A DNA stretch of 64,000 bases from a virus, in IMG/VR virus record IMGVR_UViG_3300007616_000002, positions 1 to 64,000 of that record, one strand, 5' to 3'. Below the pieces are notes generated by a model that did not search any database, was not told the DNA's origin, and saw only the letters and a list, made by a program, of their open reading frames with translations. The position numbers and the translations under genes were made by a program. This document shows, piece by piece, positions 58,229-64,000 of the stretch; the first letter of the stretch is position 1, and the number at the start of each line of letters is the position of its first letter.

Positions 58229-58921
58229 CTAAATTTGTACCCAACTACTTCCGTCCCAATATTGGACGTTAGATGGAATGTTCCCACTGCCGTATTTTAC
58301 GACTTTTTCGTTCCAAGAAGAACCATCGTAGATTTTGGCAACAAATGCTACCTGTATAGACTGTTCTGATGAAGATGCTGAACCTGCGGAATTATATACA
58401 TTTACTCGGTAATAGTTCGCCTTTCCGAGAGTTGGGCTAGAATCAGTGTACGAGGTCGAATCAGCCGAAATATCTGCTATTTGTGATAGTGAGCCACTGC
58501 TTGTACCACGGTATATTTTAAATCCACTTTCATTATCAGAATTATCACTCCACGTAAGCTCAACAGAGGTTGCGTCAGGCGATGAGAGTGATAAGTTAGA
58601 TGGAGCAGATGGTGGTGCTTTATCAGTACTAACTGTTATTACACTTGAATCAGCCGATTTATGCTCAGTTTTGGCAGTGACGTAGAAATCATACGTAGTG
58701 TCCGATGAAAGACTAGATACAGTATAAGATGTACTAGTTACATTTCCATCTTTAGTCCATGAAGAAGTTGATGATTCTCTATAATATATATCATATGAAT
58801 CAGCATCAGAAGAACCCCAATCTAAAACTACAGACGAAGAATCTTTTCCATCTTCGTGTAATGGGCCGGGAAAACTTAGGTCAGTAGTAACACTGACTTC
58901 GGTGGATAGGCTTTCAGTCAT
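58229..58921 (-). CDS. fibronectin type III repeat protein (C-terminal part)
   Basis: W...Y.IYY...TSYT...YDFYV and ELTWSDNSDNESGFKIYR FN3 repeats. Confidence 0.8.
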   Translation of the reverse strand: MTESLSTEVSVTTDLSFPGPLHEDGKDSSSVVLDWGSSDADSYDIYYRESSTSSWTKDGNVTSTSYTVSSLSSDTTYDFYVTAKTEHKSADSSVITVSTDKAPPSAPSNLSLSSPDATSVELTWSDNSDNESGFKIYRGTSSGSLSQIADISADSTSYTDSSPTLGKANYYRVNVYNSAGSASSSEQSIQVAFVAKIYDGSSWNEKVVKYGSGNIPSNVQYWDGSSWVQI

Positions 58922-59733
58922 TGGTCAGATGATGCTATTCTATAATAATATTTTTCTCCATTTGAAACTGTACTATCCGTGTAAGAGGTTGTATTTCCTT
59001 CAATAGAATCTATTTGAGTATAGTCACTTTGAGTTGAGCCAGAACTTTCTGAACGATATATATTGAATGAAGTAGCATATTCTGCATCCCAAGACAAATA
59101 TGAGTCATTGTTGCTAAGAGAAGCACTAACATTTGTAGGTTCAGATGGTGGTACAGTTTGAGTTATATCGTCAATATAATAGACCATATCACCATTATAG
59201 CTGGAAGATTCTATATAAATACTGTCTAATGTAAGTTCTTTATTAATACTTCCCATTGAATCACTATTCCAAATCTCACCCGTATCTTTTTCAATAACTC
59301 TTGCATCTAAAGAGTATCCGTCATCTGGATAAAACTCAAATTCTATTCTATATTCTACGTTTTCAGTGAGGTTACTAAATCCGAGAGAATCATACATACT
59401 ATCATACCAATAATGTACATCATCATCATCAATGGAAAATTCTAATTGATTATAATCCCCAAATACAAGTCGAAATTCGCCACCATTTATCTTTGTAAAA
59501 AGTATATCAAAACTAACTATTCCGCCTGCACTGGTATCAGGATAATGGAACGAAGCTGAAGATTCACTGTAAAGGTTGGCATCAGTAGATGATGTACAAG
59601 ATACTTTTAGCTGTTGGCTTCCATCAAAATAACCCCAATTACCTGTTTCTATGTTAGCCCCTACATAGTAGTCATTAACATCCCACCTATCAAGGCCGTT
59701 TTCAAAGTCTTCTATTATTTCTGTAATAGCCAT
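58918..59733 (-). CDS. putative adhesin: beta-sandwich plus FN3 (N-terminal part)
   Basis: AT-rich; PPSEPTNVSA...LSW...FNIYRS...TSYTD...YYYRI. Confidence 0.75.
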   Translation of the reverse strand: MAITEIIEDFENGLDRWDVNDYYVGANIETGNWGYFDGSQQLKVSCTSSTDANLYSESSASFHYPDTSAGGIVSFDILFTKINGGEFRLVFGDYNQLEFSIDDDDVHYWYDSMYDSLGFSNLTENVEYRIEFEFYPDDGYSLDARVIEKDTGEIWNSDSMGSINKELTLDSIYIESSSYNGDMVYYIDDITQTVPPSEPTNVSASLSNNDSYLSWDAEYATSFNIYRSESSGSTQSDYTQIDSIEGNTTSYTDSTVSNGEKYYYRIASSDQ

Positions 59734-59736
59734 AAT

Positions 59737-60417
59737 TTACGAAGTATCAATCCACACGTCGTTTGTACTTGGACTGCTCGGTGATGAAGACTGAACGAAT
59801 ATATTTGAGCCGTCTACACTATCAGCGTCAATTCCACCACCACTTCCTTCATCATTCTGTGTTAAAATGGGGCTTCCACCAGCAGTGGTACCGCTGTTCA
59901 GAGATGCTCCTGTAACAACATCGACCGATTCAGGAGCAACATCATGTGAAGATTTGTAGTGCTCATGTACAGCCTGTACTAGCTCCTCGTAGTTAGGACT
60001 CTCTCCAGTAAAGGAACCCTCATCTTCTCTTGCATACACTACATTAGAGTCTTCATTTTTCTCATGGACACACTGAGCACAGACTACTGTCTTTTGCTTA
60101 CCATTGATTTTGTTGTACTCTACGTACCCGTAACATCCATCATATTCTCCATACTCAACTACTCCGATGTACAGCCCGTCTTTAGTTTTAATACTAACAA
60201 CCGGGTCTACCAAGTCCCCAGAAACTTCACGGAGGACTGATTGAGCTTCCCATTCGTTAAGAGAGCATGTTTCTTTGATTAGCTCGACCGACTCCTGCTG
60301 TGTGAAAAGCTCTCCTTCATTTTCATGAAAGGCGTTTGCGGCATCCCGAACGTTCTGATACGTGAGTTTTCTCTCACTTTCAGATTGTTCAAGAATTTCT
60401 TTTGCGTTTTCTGACAT
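59737..60417 (-). CDS. tail-associated protein
   Basis: C-terminal DADSVDG...SPSTNDVWIDT fibre motif. Confidence 0.6.
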   Translation of the reverse strand: MSENAKEILEQSESERKLTYQNVRDAANAFHENEGELFTQQESVELIKETCSLNEWEAQSVLREVSGDLVDPVVSIKTKDGLYIGVVEYGEYDGCYGYVEYNKINGKQKTVVCAQCVHEKNEDSNVVYAREDEGSFTGESPNYEELVQAVHEHYKSSHDVAPESVDVVTGASLNSGTTAGGSPILTQNDEGSGGGIDADSVDGSNIFVQSSSPSSPSTNDVWIDTS

Positions 60418-60425
60418 ACTAACTT

Positions 60426-60623
60426 TTACTCTTCAGTTTCTTCTGCAAGCTCTTTGGCTTCTTCCTGCTGTTCTCGCTGGCGCTCTACTTGACGGTATGT
60501 ATCGTGTATAATCTCTTCAACCTCGTTGCGTAGCTGATTCTCGTACTGTTCTCCGAGCATTTCTGAAAGCTGTTCGTGTAGACCCTCGTGAAGACTCGAA
60601 ACGTTGACTTCAATTTTAGACAT
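60426..60623 (-). CDS. small coiled-coil protein
   Basis: Own promoter; acidic. Confidence 0.55.
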   Translation of the reverse strand: MSKIEVNVSSLHEGLHEQLSEMLGEQYENQLRNEVEEIIHDTYRQVERQREQQEEAKELAEETEE

Positions 60624-60693
60624 GGTTACGTAGTACTCTTGTTCTCTTTTTGAATCCGGTTACTTATAAATCTTTCGGTAGTGATTCTAACTA

Positions 60694-62265
60694 TTACAGT
60701 GCAGAACCCTCTACATATTCTCCTTCGATAGAGAGGTTTCCGTTTGTTCTGTCGAGGCTCATCCTATCTTCACCGTTCGACTCGTCAGACCAAACCATCG
60801 AATCTGTATCTCCGTGATACCTCATTCCGAAGTAACTTCCTTCTCCGAGCTTAAGCAGAGCATCTTCCAAGTCGAGATTCATCGACGGAGTTCCAGTGTC
60901 CGCTGTATCTGAACCCGGAGATATTTTCACAGTCCCGGAGCCGTCGTCAGGCCCTTCGAATGTGAAGTTGTTAGCCTTCCAAGTATCTGCTTTATCAGCA
61001 CGAAGGAACTGTGTTACTTCAAGGCCTTCGAACAAATCAGCGTTTAGTCCTATCCACTCACTGCCGTTGTCGTACTTCACCCTGCCCGTATCCGAGGCGA
61101 TAAACACACGGTTTTTCGTTCCTTGGCTCGGGAGATTACTCTCTGTGTTTGCTATTATTTCACTGGCATCTGAATCCGCTATTTCCTCAAGGCTAGTCGT
61201 CTTGGTGTGATGGTCGTCAGTGTTTACGCCTGACAGTTGGCTGTGGGAAGTAACTCCGATGTTCTTCCATGAGCTACCGCTGTCATACTGTATTATTCCA
61301 GTGTTTGATGAAATGAATACAGTTCCGGATGAACCCGCTGATGGCCGATTGGACTCATTGTCAATGATAATATCTGACGCATCTGAATCGTCAAGTTCAT
61401 CCAGAGAGACGGTCTTTGAGTGGTGGGCGTCTGCTGTCCCTTCGTGTTGATTGAGTTCGGTCTGTGTAGCCGGGTCGAATCCGAGGTCGGAAGGTGAGAT
61501 TTTAGACGCGTCGAGGGAGAGACGAATCCAAGAGTTTCCATCATCGTAGTAGACAGACTGTGTGTCTGTCTCGAAGAATATCCTACCCTCTTTACTTGCT
61601 GTCGGTCGATTACTCGAACTGTCCTCTATAAGACCAGTTACACCATCAACGTCATCATCTCTGAGACTCTGTATTCCTGAGTACTTCCAGCCAGATTTAG
61701 TGTAGTACCAAAGACCCTGAGTGTCAGAGCTATCTCCGGTAATGTATATTATATTACCTTCACCACTTTCAGCCTTTCTAACTTCACCGTATATTGGGAT
61801 TCCAAGGTCGAGAAACGAGCGGAATCGACCGACTTCAATATCTGGATTCCTGTTCTTGAGCGATTGGCTGTTGCTAGAAGTATCTATTTCACCAAGTAGA
61901 AGCTCATCAGAACTGGCATTAGCATCGTTGGTATAGACATTAATCAGCGGACTATCATTACTCCCAACATTCCCATCCAGATATACATAATTTACTGTGC
62001 TTGAAGAAAGTGGAATTGTTTCACTTGGAACGTGAAGTGCATACAGCGCGTGTAGAACGCTCTCACCGTTTCCTTTACTGGATTCATCTTTCAGGACAAA
62101 CGCTTTTCCAGTCGTCACATCTGCTGTGAGATTGCTATAATCTACGTTCTGGAACTCCAATCCAGTTTCTACATAATCAGACAGGTTTGAATGTCCGACG
62201 TGTGCCGCGAAGTCCTCTGCAAATCCTTTATCACCACTTTGTGGAAACGAATTTTGTGTAACCAT
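60694..62265 (-). CDS. tail fibre protein with internal repeats
   Basis: Three SNRP.A...GRIF..TDT..V.YD.G.SW repeats; C-terminal GNLSIEG. Confidence 0.8.
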   Translation of the reverse strand: MVTQNSFPQSGDKGFAEDFAAHVGHSNLSDYVETGLEFQNVDYSNLTADVTTGKAFVLKDESSKGNGESVLHALYALHVPSETIPLSSSTVNYVYLDGNVGSNDSPLINVYTNDANASSDELLLGEIDTSSNSQSLKNRNPDIEVGRFRSFLDLGIPIYGEVRKAESGEGNIIYITGDSSDTQGLWYYTKSGWKYSGIQSLRDDDVDGVTGLIEDSSSNRPTASKEGRIFFETDTQSVYYDDGNSWIRLSLDASKISPSDLGFDPATQTELNQHEGTADAHHSKTVSLDELDDSDASDIIIDNESNRPSAGSSGTVFISSNTGIIQYDSGSSWKNIGVTSHSQLSGVNTDDHHTKTTSLEEIADSDASEIIANTESNLPSQGTKNRVFIASDTGRVKYDNGSEWIGLNADLFEGLEVTQFLRADKADTWKANNFTFEGPDDGSGTVKISPGSDTADTGTPSMNLDLEDALLKLGEGSYFGMRYHGDTDSMVWSDESNGEDRMSLDRTNGNLSIEGEYVEGSAL

Positions 62266-62266
62266 T

Positions 62267-62653
62267 TTACTCTGTCACCGTAACCTTAAATTCAAACACT
62301 TTGTTGTCACCGCTGTCTATTGTAACTGCATTACCACGGACTTCTCTGTAGATTAGAGTTCCGTCCGAAGAAAACAGACCAAACTCTACAACATCAGAGC
62401 CTGCTGTCACTTCTGTTCCGCCAGTAATGGAAATGGTGCATCGTATTTCTCCGGTATTTGAGGTCGCCTCGATTGTGACATTTCCACTTGATTTTGACTG
62501 CCGATACTGCTCGTTTGCAAGTTGTGTGTCAGACTTTTTCACCGAATCGTTTCCGGTTCCAACTGCAATAATATCTATATTTTCGTTATAACTCCCATCT
62601 ACGGAGCGTGTAGTGAACCAGTCCTTTCCAACGTCTGTAATTGCGTGTGCCAT
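62267..62653 (-). CDS. tail-collar/fibre attachment protein
   Basis: ITDVGK, IAVGTG, DTQLANE, EFGLF. Confidence 0.7.
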   Translation of the reverse strand: MAHAITDVGKDWFTTRSVDGSYNENIDIIAVGTGNDSVKKSDTQLANEQYRQSKSSGNVTIEATSNTGEIRCTISITGGTEVTAGSDVVEFGLFSSDGTLIYREVRGNAVTIDSGDNKVFEFKVTVTE

Positions 62654-62656
62654 AAA

Positions 62657-63322
62657 TTACTGCAATTTCCAGCTACCGTCGAGGGTAATCTCGTCTGTCC
62701 CGAGGCCAGATGCAGATGAGATGACCTTTGTCTCGGTTGCATCAATCTTTACATTTGCACCTTCAAGAGTTACCACCGGAGTACTCGATAGTTCTACACC
62801 TGATGGGTCCGCCAATTCTGCAACATCGTCTACAACACTGGATAGAAACCCAACATCTGTATCATCAATACGCACTCCGTATTCGTTATTTTGAAAGTCT
62901 TCATCGATTATTACGTTTTCAGGGTCCGTCCCAACAGCAGAGCCGATTGCAAACTTGAGACCCGGTTTCGTGCCTCGGCCACGGAATGATTGAACAATAC
63001 CTTTGAGGTATGCTCTGTACTCCTCATCCGAGCGACCACGACGCTTTCCGAGTTCTCCGAACTTTGAGCCTATCTTTTCGAGGTCCGACGAATGTGCTTC
63101 ATCAACGTGCCGGGATTGAAGTACGTAATCGAGGTCCGCATCGAACTTTTTTATTTCCGACTCATGTGCATTTATGAAATTGGCAAACACAGATGGATTG
63201 CCTTCTTCATCCTCCACTTTGAATATCTGGGGGAAGTAGTCGATAATCCGCTCATCGACAATTGGCTCATAGTCCCCGCTGTAAGAACTCCAGCCGTAAT
63301 CGTCAGTTCCGTATTCAGGCAT
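62657..63322 (-). CDS. baseplate wedge-like protein
   Basis: LEKIG..FG...RR GRSDEEYR....GTKPGL; PSGV. Confidence 0.7.
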   Translation of the reverse strand: MPEYGTDDYGWSSYSGDYEPIVDERIIDYFPQIFKVEDEEGNPSVFANFINAHESEIKKFDADLDYVLQSRHVDEAHSSDLEKIGSKFGELGKRRGRSDEEYRAYLKGIVQSFRGRGTKPGLKFAIGSAVGTDPENVIIDEDFQNNEYGVRIDDTDVGFLSSVVDDVAELADPSGVELSSTPVVTLEGANVKIDATETKVISSASGLGTDEITLDGSWKLQ

Positions 63323-63332
63323 TCTCTACTGT

Positions 63333-63677
63333 TTATTCCTGCTTTACCCACTCTGGCTCTGTGGTGTACTCTCCGACTTCCGGTGCCGGAAGGTCGGTTT
63401 CTGCTTGTCTCGGAATAGGAATTGAACCGTTAAGGCCGAGGTCGTACTCTCCATCGTCAGTTTCGATGTGCCCAGAGTCTGTGTGAAGCTGAATGAGATT
63501 TGAAATAAGTTGCCTCAACTCTTCCTGAACTTCTTCTTGCTCGTCAATAAGTGAGTTGGCAGTCGATGTGTTTACGTCTGCGTCCGAGAAGGCTTCTGCT
63601 TGGTCTGAGAGTTTGCTAATTTGATTCGACAACCTGTGCATATCGGAGGCTATCTGAGAAGCGTCTTGTTCTTGCAT
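63333..63677 (-). CDS. coiled-coil hypothetical protein
   Basis: Own promoter at ~63720. Confidence 0.6.
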   Translation of the reverse strand: MQEQDASQIASDMHRLSNQISKLSDQAEAFSDADVNTSTANSLIDEQEEVQEELRQLISNLIQLHTDSGHIETDDGEYDLGLNGSIPIPRQAETDLPAPEVGEYTTEPEWVKQE

Positions 63678-63730
63678 GAAAAGATTAAGGTTACTTGTGT
63701 TTTTAATCCGGTGGTACTTAAATCTTTTGG

Positions 63731-64000
63731 TCAGAGTGCCGCACCTTCCGAAAAGCTACCCTCGATTGAGAAGTCTCCGGAGTTGTGAGTTTTTGCCTGA
63801 ACAGAACCATCTGTCACAAATGCTATTTCATCATTTCCAACAGATGAATGATAGCCACCACCTGAGTTCTATGTATGTGGAGTTTCCACCCTTTTCGTTC
63901 TGTGCTTCCACTATATTTGTGTACACTGCTGGAGCACCTATCCCCGTCCCAGCGTCAGTTGACGCTGAACCCGAAATTCCATTAACATCAACTTGTGATG
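63731..64000 (-). CDS. 3' end of a tail-fibre gene (apparent frameshift near 63863)
   Basis: Ends GDFSIEGSFSEGAAL*, paralogous to the 60694 C-terminus GNLSIEGEYVEGSAL. Confidence 0.6.

Noticed and set aside
1-64000. CRISPR array, rRNA, integrase or IS transposase
   Set aside because: No repeat-spacer periodicity, rRNA signature or recombinase/transposase motifs seen

Overview
This window is part of a large tailed virus of halophilic archaea. It has an acidic proteome, archaeal TATA promoters with mostly leaderless starts, and myovirus-like tail/baseplate genes at the right end; the layout resembles tRNA-rich haloviruses such as HGTV-1. Replication and nucleotide genes: primase-polymerase, a helicase-like ATPase, intein-containing PolB, class II RNR, ThyX, dCTP deaminase, dTMP kinase, Hjc, RNase H and a plasmid-type ParA. 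There are 12 conventional tRNA genes (one with a BHB intron), several aberrant tRNA-like genes and five homing endonucleases. The standout is a candidate viral Ro60/Y-RNA RNA-repair system. It comprises a TROVE/Ro60 gene split by an HNH endonuclease, RtcB, an ATP-dependent RNA ligase, an RlaP-like nucleotidyltransferase, a HAD phosphatase-cold-shock fusion and at least four ncRNAs. The ncRNAs share one bulged-helix + (T/A)TACT(T/C)CG module in three topologies: minimal Y-like RNA, circularly permuted tRNA mimic, and ordinary tRNA with the module inserted in the anticodon stem. All calls come from motif reading and manual folding; no searches were run.
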